NCBI GenBank assembly: GCA_000004985.1
Contig: GG738874.1
Direction: 5' to 3' (one strand)
DNA length: 64,000 nucleotides
DNA from: Naegleria gruberi
Lineage: Eukaryota
Each line of letters starts with the position of its first letter. The stretch's first letter is position 1. Positions 34,961 through 45,692 of the stretch are shown here, piece after piece. The translations under genes were made by a program, and so were the position numbers. Below the pieces are notes generated by a model, which was not told the DNA's origin, made no database searches, and saw only the letters and a list, made by a program, of their open reading frames with translations.

Positions 34961-36091
34961 ATGAGATCATCAAGAAAATTACTCAAACTTGCTCCATTAT
35001 TTGCTGTAGCTTCGTATGGAGTTATATCAATGAAGGATACAGATCTTGTCTCTAAATTTTTTAATTATGATCGTAAACAGTTCTATCATCAATTCATGCC
35101 AAATCATCACTTTCTAGTTCAGGCCGAGGAAGAAACTTTGAAACCACAATCTGGTGTGGTGACTGGTAACTTCCCACAAATGGCAATTATCAGCATTAAA
35201 TTGAAAGATTACAAGAATTATGAAAAGGTTTTGAAAGCAGTTTCTCTTGTTCCTTCAATTGTTGAGGAATTGACAGGAGATAAACAAGTCGATGCAGAAG
35301 ATGAATTTGCATTGCCACCTGTCATGATTAATGTTGCACTGAGTACTAGATTTTGGAACTTTTTAAATTCAAAAGATGGAGCTACCTTCAAAAAGCCAGA
35401 AGGTTACACTAAGGATTATGAAACTAAAACAGGAGAGTTTGGTTCAATGCCATATAAGGAAACTGAAATTGTCTTGCATGTAAAGGCAGAGAATACCTCA
35501 ATTTGTTATCAAGCCATTGATCAATTTTTGTCCAATCTCCCAAAGGATGCACTTGAATCAGTGAATGAACATTACGGATTCCAATATCAAGATTCAAGAG
35601 ATTTGAGCAAATTCATTGATGGTATCAATAATCCATCCGGAAATGATGATCGTTCAGTAGCTGCTCTCAATTCACAAAAGGGAAGTTTCCTCATTCATCA
35701 AAAGTGGGTCCATCACCACCATTTAGATTCCAAATTTTCAGTTAAGGATCAGGAGGCATTCGTTGGAAGGGAGAGAGTTTCTGGAGCCGAATTACCAACT
35801 CTACCACCCTCTTCACACGTTGCCAGAATGAGACGACCAAATGGTGATATCATTCCAATTGTGAGACAGAGTTTCCCTTATGGTACAGTGAGTGGAGAAC
35901 ATGGATTATTGTTCATTGCTTACAGTAATAACATTGAAAAGTATGAAACTCTATTGGATGCCATGGTTGGTAAAGTGCACGGCAAACATAATGATGCCAT
36001 CATGAAATTCTCCAATTGCCACTACTCTAATTATTATTACGTTCCATCCATCAATGAATTGAATTCTATCAAGACAAAATTTAATAAATAA
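34961..36091 (+). CDS. DyP-type (dye-decolorising) haem peroxidase with about 50-aa N-terminal hydrophobic/basic extension
   Basis: Single exon, ATG in an ACAACAATG context. It carries the DyP hallmark GxxDG-type motif KFIDGINNPSGND, a proximal His region SSHVARMRRPNGD, and the C-terminal LLFIAYSNNIEKYETLLDAMVG. The N-terminus MRSSRKLLKLAPLFAVASYGVIS looks like a signal or transit peptide. Confidence 0.8.
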   Translation: MRSSRKLLKLAPLFAVASYGVISMKDTDLVSKFFNYDRKQFYHQFMPNHHFLVQAEEETLKPQSGVVTGNFPQMAIISIKLKDYKNYEKVLKAVSLVPSIVEELTGDKQVDAEDEFALPPVMINVALSTRFWNFLNSKDGATFKKPEGYTKDYETKTGEFGSMPYKETEIVLHVKAENTSICYQAIDQFLSNLPKDALESVNEHYGFQYQDSRDLSKFIDGINNPSGNDDRSVAALNSQKGSFLIHQKWVHHHHLDSKFSVKDQEAFVGRERVSGAELPTLPPSSHVARMRRPNGDIIPIVRQSFPYGTVSGEHGLLFIAYSNNIEKYETLLDAMVGKVHGKHNDAIMKFSNCHYSNYYYVPSINELNSIKTKFNK

Positions 36092-36422
36092 TGAATACTT
36101 ATAATAAAGTGAAATAAGTAGCTATTCACAAGCCCTTAATCAGTAATTGATGGATAACCTTGTTGCTTCTACAGTTCATCGGTTATGAACCAGTCACAAG
36201 GCCATACAAGTTAAAGGACGAGCAAATCTCCTTAACGCCCGTAATCTCTACTACTGTAAAATCCAAAGTGCATTTTCTTATCTTTAAAAAAACGGCAAGT
36301 TTGTTCATCTGTTGCTGCTTAACAGAACCCTACCACTAGGCTAACTAAGAATAAGGGTCCTTCCTTATATTCTTCTACACACACTGAATAGATCAGATTA
36401 CGCGGTAGTTAACAAGAACACT

Positions 36423-39400
36423 ATGCTTAAAAATTCAAGAGCTGGTCTTTTGACCCTATTGTTGTTTATCGCATGCTTGATAATTAGCATGGAGGAGCAA
36501 CATGTTGAGGCTCGTGGTGGTAGATATTACAGATCACTTGTACAGGTAAATAATATTATAATATTTTATTGTATTAACATGAATAATAACAATAGAAATG
36601 TACATCTTGGGGAGATCCACACATTCGCAAGTTTGGGCGAGGTGGCTTTGACTATTATTCCATCAGTGAATATACACTGGCAGAGACTTCTGACAAGGCT
36701 TTTATTATGCAGGTCAGAACTGGTCGTCTTGTCAGTGTTAGTGGTAATACTGCATTTGTTATTAAATTTGATGGAGAAACAACTATTGAACTAATTGCTC
36801 AATGCAATTGTTTCAGATTGAATGGAGAACCTATTGATATTGCTCTCAACAAACCATTACAATTGACATCAAAGGGATCTACTCTCACGAGACCAAGTGA
36901 ATTTTTCGGTATTTTCAAATCAGCAAATGGTGCTACCATCATGTACTCATTCTTTTCGAGGGGAGAAACTCGTTATCTTGATTTCAGTATTGATGCACCA
37001 ACTAACCTTAATTTCTCACATGGTTTTTGTGTTAGTTCTGCTAAGGGAGCCATTAATGACAATCTCTTCTACAAGCCTCTTGAAAAGACTAGAACCATCA
37101 AGGCATCAAGTGTAAATAATAAGCTTTTCGATAAGGTAACCGATACCCAACAACAAAAAGCTGAGAATACTTGTAAGAAGGCAGGAATAGACCCTAAGAA
37201 ACATCCAAATGACTATAGTTCTTGTGTAATTGATGCTTTGATTGATCCAAAGAATGCCAAACAGATTGCCAAAGGAATGGTCAAGAATCAAAAGAGGGAA
37301 GAAAAAGCAGCTATTTCTGTCGCTAAGGATACTATTCGAACAATGGATAAGAAGGATCTGGTAAAATTTATTTCCAAAATAGTTGTTTCTGAGGAAAAGA
37401 AGAAGGCTGCTGTTCAAGAAACAAAAACTCCAAGTGCAAAAACTGTTTCCAAGACTTTGAAGGCATTGTCTGTTGATAACTTGATCAATACATTGGATAA
37501 GATTATTGACAATAAGAAGGTTACCGTAAAAACCATTAATTCTACAAAGAAGAAACAAGAAAAGGAACAACATAAGGCTAAAAACAATTCCGAAATGAAA
37601 CAAACTCAAGGTGTTTCTCCAAAAGTTACTGAAAACAAATTTAAACAAGAAGTTCAAAAAATTACTGAAGGAAAGAGTCCAGTCAAGAGATTGATTAAAA
37701 CCAAGTCAATTGATGACAAGCCAATAACAGTTGAAAAAAAGATTAAATCAAAGGTTGCTCAAGAGTCTCTCGTACCAAAGAAGAATGTTGAAAAGAGGAC
37801 ACAACAAACTTCAAAGATCAACTTTGGAAAGAATGACACCACCTTTAGAAAGAGAAAGAAGCAGACTTCTACAGCAACAAAGAAAGAAGCCAAACCAAAG
37901 AAGAAGTCAACCAAGGTTGAATCTGATTTCACTCAATCTTTTGATTCCAAACCAGTTGTCGAAAAGAAGAAGCCAAAAACTTTAAATATTGAATCTCAAT
38001 CTGTTTCAACTAAAAAGCCAGCAACCTCTCAAAAAATTACTGAGGGAAAGAGTCCTGTTAAGATATTGATTAAAACCAAGTCAGTTGATGACAAGTCAAT
38101 AACAGTTGAAAAAAAGATTAAATCAAAGGTTGCTCAAAAGTCTCTCGAACCAAAGAAGAATGTTGAAAAGAGGACACAACAAACTTCAAAGATCAAGTTT
38201 GGAAAGAGAAAGAAGCAGACTTCTCCTTCCACAAAGAAAGAAGCTAAATCAAAGAAAGCTGATGATGAAGAAATGAAACCAAAGAAGAATTCAACCAAGG
38301 TTGAATCCACTCAATCTTTTGATTCCAAACCAGTTGTCGAAAAAAAGATTAGTCCAGTTACGAGATTTATTACAACCAAGGCGGTTTCTACAAAGAGTGA
38401 TCAAGAAACTAAACCAAAGAAGAAAAAAGAGGTTGAAGCGCCAAAGAAGAACTCAAAAACTACTTCAGAAAAGTCCAAGAAACAATCAAAGAAATCAAAG
38501 AAGCAAGTTGAGCAAACATCTGAAAAATCAGGAAAGAAAAATACAAAGAAAGTTTCCAAGAAGACAACTGAAATCAGTGATTCTTCAAAGAAGACATCTG
38601 ACATCAAAGAAACTAAACCAAAGAAGGGTAAGAAGTTGGTCAAGGATAGCTCTGAAAAGAAGGTTAGTAAATCAGTGAAATCATCAATGAAGACAAAATC
38701 AAAGAAGGAAGTTGATTCTCAACAAGATATACCAAAGAAGACCTCTGAAGGCAAGGAAACAAAACCAAAGAAATCTGCCATTTCAAGTAAATCTGTCGAT
38801 TCATCTCCAACCATTAAGCAAGAAACAAAACCAAAGAAAGGGTCTTCTGGAAAGAATGGTAATGTTTCAAATGAAACACCACAGAAATCAAAGAAGGAGG
38901 ACTCCAAGATTTCTTATCAAGAAAAGAAGCAAAAAAAGAAGGTAAAAAAGGTAAAGAAGGGAGCTTCAACATCTAGCAAAAAATCAACCTCTGAAACAAG
39001 TGCTAAATCAAAGAAGGATAGTTCTCGAAATGAAGATGAAATTTCAATTCCTTCCAAGAAATCAAAGGGTGGAAAGAAAAAGGATTTAACTAGTTCAGTT
39101 GATGCTGCAAAAAAGCAAAAGAGCAAGAAGGAACAAGTTCAAAGTAATGATGAATCCACAACCATTCAAAACAAAAAGAAAAAGAGAAAGGACACAAGCA
39201 CTTCTAACTCTTCTGTCGAAACTCCAAAGAAGGACAAGGCTTCCAAGAAGAACGCTAATTCTGAAGATGAAGCACCAAAGCTTAGAATTCCAATTAGGAA
39301 ATCCAGACAAGCTCAAGGTAATGAAGAAACACCAATTCAATCAAAGAAATCAAAGGGTGGTAAGAAAAAGATTCCAAAGGTAGATAAATCCAACAAGTCG

Positions 39401-40426
39401 GAAAAATCACAAGATAAACCAAAGCTCAGAATTCCATCCAGAAAAACCAGTCCATCTCGAGATGATGAAGAAGTACCAAAACTTAGAATTCCAACTAGAG
39501 GTCAATCCAATTCTCCAAAGAATGCTCCAAAGCAAAGTGAAACTTCATCTCAACAAAGAATCGAATCAGGTATGATGACTATCAAGTCTGTTGATTCTGT
39601 TCCAGTTACTGTTGAAAGAACCCAAAAGAATACAATCTCTACACCAAAGGTTAGAATTCCAACCAAGAAAGGGAAAGATTCAAAGAAACAACCAAAGACT
39701 GAATCAATAAGTTCTTCTCAAAATGAAAGTGCAATTGACTTGGCTTCTGAGAGAGTGGAACCAACTCGTCGTCTTCGTGAAACAGCAACAACAGAATCAA
39801 GTGGTAAGAAGAAGAAGGAAACTGTTGAATCTGCTCAACAAATTCCTTCCGAAGAGGTTAGAGAAGTGAGCGAACCAGCCCTTTCTTCTGAAACATCAAA
39901 ACCAACATCCAAAGGTAAACCAAAGGAAAAGAAATCCAATAGAAGATCCAAGAGAACCTCTCACAATGTATCCCGTTATGTCCCAATTGAGAAAAGTCCA
40001 CAATCCAGAGCTGTAGAAAAACCAACATCTGTGAATCAATCTATTAAGACCATCATTAATGTTCCTACGCCTGCAGTTCCAAAACAAAAACAATGTAGAC
40101 CCTCCAAAGTACCATCCCCAGATAAGAAATTGATCTCACAATTGTCCAAGTTGAAGAGAAGAAACGAGAAATTAGCTCGTCATCTCAAGCAAGTTACTCG
40201 CTTCAATCAACAACAAACAGCTTGGAATAGAAAGATGTCCCAATCTCTTCGTTCTGAACATGAAAGTAAGGACAGATTAAAGCACTATCTCCAACGATTA
40301 AGACTTGAATTATCTGACCTAGAGAGAAGTAATCAATTTCAACAAAATCAACAACCAACTGCCGTTACAAATGATAACCAGCAATCTATCGTTCTCAATG
40401 TTGTAGGTTCACCAAATTTACAATAA
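36423..40426 (+). CDS. secreted giant polycationic Lys/Ser/Thr/Pro-rich repeat protein with N-terminal vWD-like (GDPH) domain, paralog A; exons 36423..36545 and 36596..40426
   Basis: Exon 1 encodes a signal peptide (MLKNSRAGLLTLLLFIACLIISM...) and ends in phase 0 before GTAAAT. The 50-nt intron ends AATAG at 36595. Exon 2 starts KCTSWGDPHIRKFGRGGFDYYSISEYTLAE, the von Willebrand D-domain opening C.SWGDPHY.TFDG..Y.F.G.Y.L. About 1100 aa of KK/PKK/SKK-rich repeats follow, including two near-identical copies of about 180 bp at 37661..37842 and 38036..38217. The tail is a Q-rich coiled coil. About 1317 aa. Confidence 0.7.
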
Positions 40427-40908
40427 ACAGTAATTTACAACGGCGTATAATATACTTCCTACTGTTCCCATGAAGGGCGAGGATTTTTATTGTATTAATA
40501 AATAGAAAATATATCTAGTCCATCTCTTACATCACAATTAATTGGATTCACCACCACATAATGTGATCAAGAATATGATGAACTCCAGTTACCTTAAAAT
40601 TCCTTAGCTTTGAAGAATTACCTGTGTTGCTTATCCCGCAAAATCCTTATACACGTAACTCCCACAAAGCTAGAGATGGCTCAATATGGCAATTGAATGA
40701 TATTACTAGACCAAAAGAGGCTATTGAGGATTCACTTCAGCAGTTTGGTGTGCTATTTAGCAGCGAAAAACAAGTGAGCGAGATTCTAGATGTACAGTAA
40801 ATTGTTATCCGAACTCACAGTATAAATTCACTTTGTACATCTAAATTACCGTTCACTTTGTGATTCATCCTTATCATCTATAAAAAAACAACATAAAGCC
40901 ATACTAAG

Positions 40909-43900
40909 ATGTCATCGAGAGATTTATCCTATTCATTCTTGATTGTTTCCTTGTTGTTACTTGGCATGTTGCTGGGAGTACATGCTGCTGGTCCTGCAGT
41001 TATTAATGCTAAATCAGTCATCAATGCTGTTGTTAAGGTAAGTGTTGATAGTTGAAATTCTGTCGGTTGATATCGTGTTTTTATCTCATTCAACCTTACT
41101 CCTCATTAAATTCCATCCTTAATGTTTCCATTCAATGCCAATAGAAATGTGTTTCTTCAGGCGACCCTCACTTGAGAACATTTAGTGGTACAAGATTTGA
41201 CTATTATTCTGTTGGTGAATATGTCTTGGCTGAAGCTGCCGACAAATCCATCATGATTCATGCTCGTACTGGTAAATTGAATGCTGTTTCTGGTAACATT
41301 GCTGTTGCTTTAGCACTGGACCAGGAAACAGTTTTGGAATATCATGCTAACGGTGCTTACTTTGTTATTGATGGTAAGAACGCTACCATTAAATCTGGTG
41401 AAACTGTTTCATTGGGAACTAAGGGAGCATCTGTAACATATAACAAAGGAAACGTTGCTGTTAAGAGTAGTTCAGGAGCTTCTGTTGACTTGTATGGTTG
41501 GTCCGTCCCAAACCAACTCTCATATTTTGACATTTCCTTTGAAGCTCCAACCACACTTGATATTAATTATGGTTATTGTGTCAGTCAATCAATGGGTACT
41601 CAAAAGGATGGAAGTTACTTTAACAAGCCAATTAAGAGAGTTGCATTGATCAAGACTGCTAGTATTAATGCTGAGCTCAAGGAAGCAACTCCAGAAGAAA
41701 AGAAACAAGCTCGTGCAGCATGTTCTAAGATTTCTGAAAAGGACCATCCAAATGATTTCAAATCGTGTTACACTGATGCCTTGCTCAACCCAGAACTTGC
41801 TTCAAAGTTTGCTAAGGGTATTGTTGGTATGCAAAACATGCAAAAGGTATCAATGAAGGAAGTTGCTAAGGATGCCCTTTCACAAATGGATAAGAAGGAT
41901 ATTGTCAAGCTTGTAGCTAAGGCTACTGTTTCAGAAGCTAAGAAGAATGAAGTTCCAACCGCTTCCACTCAAAAGATTACTTCTGCTTTGAACACCTTGT
42001 CAACTGACAAGTTACTTTCAACATTGGATAAGGTTATTGATAATAAGGCTACTGTAAAGATTGATCCAAAGGCCACCAAACCAGTCGAAAAGAAGATTAC
42101 TCCAGCAAAGGTTGCCGTCAAGTCTGTTGATGCTAAGGTTCCAGTTGTCATGTCTTCCACCACTCAATCTTTAAAGCCAATTAAATTGGTGGAAACTCAA
42201 AAGGTTGTTGAAAAGAAGGTTGAACAAGTTGAAAAGAAGACTGAAACCCCAAAGGTTGTCGAAAAGAAGGTTAAAACTAAGGCTGAAAAAGTTGAAACAA
42301 AACCAGTAGAGAAGAAGACCAAGCCAGTCGAAACTCCAAAGGTTGTTGAAAAGAAAACAGTTGAATCCAAGCTAGTTTCTTCACCAAAGAATTCTACTCA
42401 AACTGTTTCCAAACCAGTTTCTACTGTTAAACCAACTAGTCAGCCAAAGAAACCAGCTACCAAGCCAAGTACTAAGAATGAACAACCAAAGAAGGTACAA
42501 CCAAAGATCAGTAAGCCTGCAGCAAAGACTTCAACCTCTCCAAAAGTTGCTGCCAAGTCTGTTAACTCCAAGCCAGTTTCCGCTCAACCAAAGAAGCCAA
42601 CTTCTTCTAAGCCAATTACCAAGCCAACAATTCCAGTTATTGAAAAGAAGAATACAGCTGTTCCAAAGACAAATTCTACTCAAACTGTAAAGACTGAAAC
42701 CAAGCCAGTCTCAGAAATTAAGATTTCTTCTGTTCAATTCAAGTCAGTCAAATCACCAAAGGTTGTTTCCAAGAGTACTGAAACTATCAAACCAATTAAA
42801 CAGAAGTCTGAAAAAACGAAACTAGTAACAAAGATCGTTTCTGCTCAACCAAAGCCAACAACCAAAATATCCAAACCAGCCTCTAAAACAGAAACTCCCA
42901 AGCCTGCTGCTAAGAGTTCATCCTCTACAAAGGTTGCTGTGAAGTCTGTTAAATCAGTTGCTCCAAAGAATGCTCCTGTCAAGTCAGTTTCTCCAAAGTC
43001 TTCAACCAAGAAGCCAGTTACTGAAAAGAAGGCAACCACTTCTAAGCCTACTATCAAGACTTCAACTTCTCCAAAGGTTTCTGTAAAGTCTGTAAAATCA
43101 GTTCCAGTTAAAAAGGCTCAACCAAAGAAGTCAACCTCTTCAAAGCCGGCTACTTCTAAACCTATTACCAAACCAGTTTCTACTAAATCAACTAGTCAAC
43201 AAAAGAAGCCAACTGCTACCAAGACAAGCACTAAGAATGAACAACCAAAGAAGTCTTCAACAACTCCAAAGGTTGAGACAAAATATTTTGAAAAGAAGTC
43301 TGAAACTTCACCTATTAAGGTTGCCTCTGTTTCATCACCAAATGTTGTCAAGTCAGTTGCTGAAAAGAAGCCAGTTACTAAACCAGCTACTCCAAAGAAG
43401 ACAACTACTTCTAAGCCAGCTACAAAGACCTCTCCAAAGGTTTCTGTAAAGTCTGTAAAATCAGTTCCAGTTAAGAAGGCTCAACCAAAGAAGTCAACCT
43501 CTTCAAAGCCAGCTACTTCTAAACGTGTTACCAAACCAATTTCTACTAAACCAAGTAGTCAAGCAAAGAAGCCAACTGCTACCAAGAGTTCATCCTCTCC
43601 AAAGGTTGTTAAATCAGTTCCAGTTAAGAAGGCCCAACCAAAGATCAGTAAGCCTGCAACAACGACTTCAACCTCTCCAAAAGTTGCTGCCAAGCCAGTT
43701 TCCGCTCAACCAAAGAAGTCAACAACCTCCAAGTCTTCTGCTTCTAAATCTGCTACCAAGACTTCATCTCCAAAGGTTGCTGTAAAGTCTATCAAGTCAG
43801 TTCCAGTTAAGAAGGTTGAAGATTCAATTAAGGTTGCTTCTGTTTCATCACCAAAGATTGCTGTAAAATCTGTAAAGCCAGCTTCTCCAAAGAAACCAAC

Positions 43901-45434
43901 CAAGAAGTCAGTTGCTTCAAAGCTTGTTAAGTCAAAGACTGCTGAAAAGCTAGTTTCTCCAAAGAAGTCAACTACTAAAACAGATACTCCAAAGAAGGCC
44001 CAACCAAAGAAGTCAACCTCTTCAAAGCCGGCTACTTCTAAACCTGTTTCCAAACCAGTTTCACCAAAATCAACTAGTCAACAAAAGAAGCCAGCTACCA
44101 AGCCAAGCACTAAGAATGAACAACCAAAGAAGTCTTCAACAACTCCAAAGGTTGAGACAAAATATTTTGAAAAGAAGTCTGAAACTTCACCTATTAAGGT
44201 TGCCTCTGTTTCATCACCAAATATTGTCAAGTCAGTTGCTGAAAAGAAGCCAGTTACTAAACCAGCTACTCCAAAGAAGTCAACATATTCTAAGCCTGCT
44301 ACAAAGACTTCATCCTCTCCAAAGGTTACTGTAAAGTCTGTCAAAACCGTTGCTCCAAAGAAAGCTACTCCAAAGAAGTCAGAAAAGAAATTAGAGGAAA
44401 AGAAATCAAAGACTGTCTCAAACCCAAAGAAACAAGTTTCCAAGACTGAAAAGCCAAAAGCTAAACCAACTTCTCAACAAAAAAAGCAAGATACCAAACC
44501 AAAGAAAAGTTCAACAACTCCAAAGGTAGAAACAAAACCATTTGAAAAGAAGTCTGAAACTTCATCAATTAAGGTTGCTTCTGTCTCCTCATCAAAGCTT
44601 GCTGTAAAGTCTGTTTCTACTAAACCAAAGATTGCTGTTTCTCCAAAGAAACCAACCAAGAAGCGAGTTGTTGAAAAGAAGTCAACTACTAAGAAGGCTC
44701 AACCAAAGATCACTTCTCCTAAATCTGCTACCAAGACTTCCTCTCCAAAGGTTGCTGTTAAACCTCAATCAGTTACTCCTAAGTTTGCTGTAAAGCCTGT
44801 TGCTTCCAAATCAAAGATTGCTGTCAAGCCAGTTTCTCCAAAGAAACCAACCAAGAAGCCAGTTATTACAAAGCCTACTGCTCCAAAGATTTCAGGTAAA
44901 TCAAAAGTAACTCCAATGCAATCAGGTGTCAAGATTCCAATTCACAATGCTCCAATGCAAGTTGTAAAGAAGCCAGCTGGAACAGTCAAGAAGTCAAACA
45001 AGAAGTCACCAAAGAAGCCACACAAGAAGTCACAAAAGAAGAGAGATGCCAAGAAGAGTTCACAAGCCAAGCCTGCCAGACCATCTTCTCAAAATGTTAA
45101 CACTCAACAAGTTAATGCTTCTCCAGTAGTCAACGTTCCAGTCTCTGTTCAATTGCCAGCTCAACCAATTTTGGAACAACAAGAAAGATTCAACAAAAGA
45201 CAATCTTCTTGGAATCAATATGTTCAAAACACTTTCAGAAATGAAGCATCTATCAAGGGACAAATTAAGAATTATTTGCTTAAATTGAAGCAAGATGTTG
45301 AACAATTAAGAAGAGATAACACTGCTCAAAAGGAAGCTCTTCAAAGATTGAGAGCCCAACAAAGTGTTAGACCAAGTGGCGCCAACTTTAGTGAAAAGGT
45401 TCATGATTTGATTGGAGCCATCAAGAGTATTTAA
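40909..45434 (+). CDS. secreted giant polycationic Lys/Ser/Thr/Pro-rich repeat protein with N-terminal vWD-like (GDPH) domain, paralog B; exons 40909..41037 and 41145..45434
   Basis: Exon 1 has ATG 40909 and a signal peptide (MSSRDLSYSFLIVSLLLLGMLLGVHA); it ends phase 0 before GTAAGT at 41038. The 107-nt intron ends CAATAG at 41144. Exon 2 starts KCVSSGDPHLRTFSGTRFDYYSVGEYVLAE. The gene is colinear with paralog A through the vWD-like domain, the PNDxxSC...LDKxIDNK block and the C-terminal coiled coil. The repeats are SPKV/KSVKSVPVKKAQPKKSTSSKPATSKP-type. About 1472 aa. Confidence 0.7.
43116..44385 (+). repeat. internal direct repeats within paralog B: about 385-bp near-identical copies at 43116..43500 and 44001..44385 (period 885 bp), plus related partial copies
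   Basis: The DNA string aaggctcaaccaaagaagtcaacctcttcaaagccggctacttctaaacc ... aatgaacaaccaaagaagtcttcaacaactccaaaggttgagacaaaatattttgaaaagaagtctgaaacttcacctattaaggttgcctctgtttcatcaccaaat recurs with only a few substitutions. Confidence 0.8.
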
Positions 45435-45692
45435 ATAAATGTATTGTTTATTCTCTCATTGTTCTTTTTTGAGTGGCAATGTTGTTGATATTTTAAATTT
45501 TTGATTCTGATTGAATAATCAATCCATAAATGTTAAAATTATCCAAACTCCAAGGCAGTGTTATGGTATTAAGGGTATTAAGTAATCTCTCCAAATGCAG
45601 GTGATTTCACAATATCCAAGGTTTCATCAGTTTGCAATAGAACTATTATGTAAACTTTGATTAATTTAAAATAAGGGTACTCTCAACCTTTT

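Noticed and set aside
36100-36420. A relatively GC-richer (about 40% GC) 320-bp intergenic block between the DyP gene and gene A, considered as a candidate ncRNA, snRNA or transposon remnant
   Set aside because: Other intergenic spacers here (40430..40908, 47490..48400) have similar composition. No snRNA or tRNA consensus is present, and there are no terminal repeats or target-site duplications.
37106-37657. Long antisense or alternative-frame ORFs inside the giant K-rich genes (for example 37106..37657-, 38401..38643-, 49527..50195-, 50307..51320-, 53959..54342-, and the plus-strand alternative frames 37731..37985, 38301..38678, 53841..54344)
   Set aside because: They are mirror or frameshifted readings of AAG/AAA-rich repeats, giving poly-Phe/Leu or Arg/Asn/Gln strings. 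They have no start context and no independent conservation. The in-frame Lys-rich reading is conserved between paralogs.
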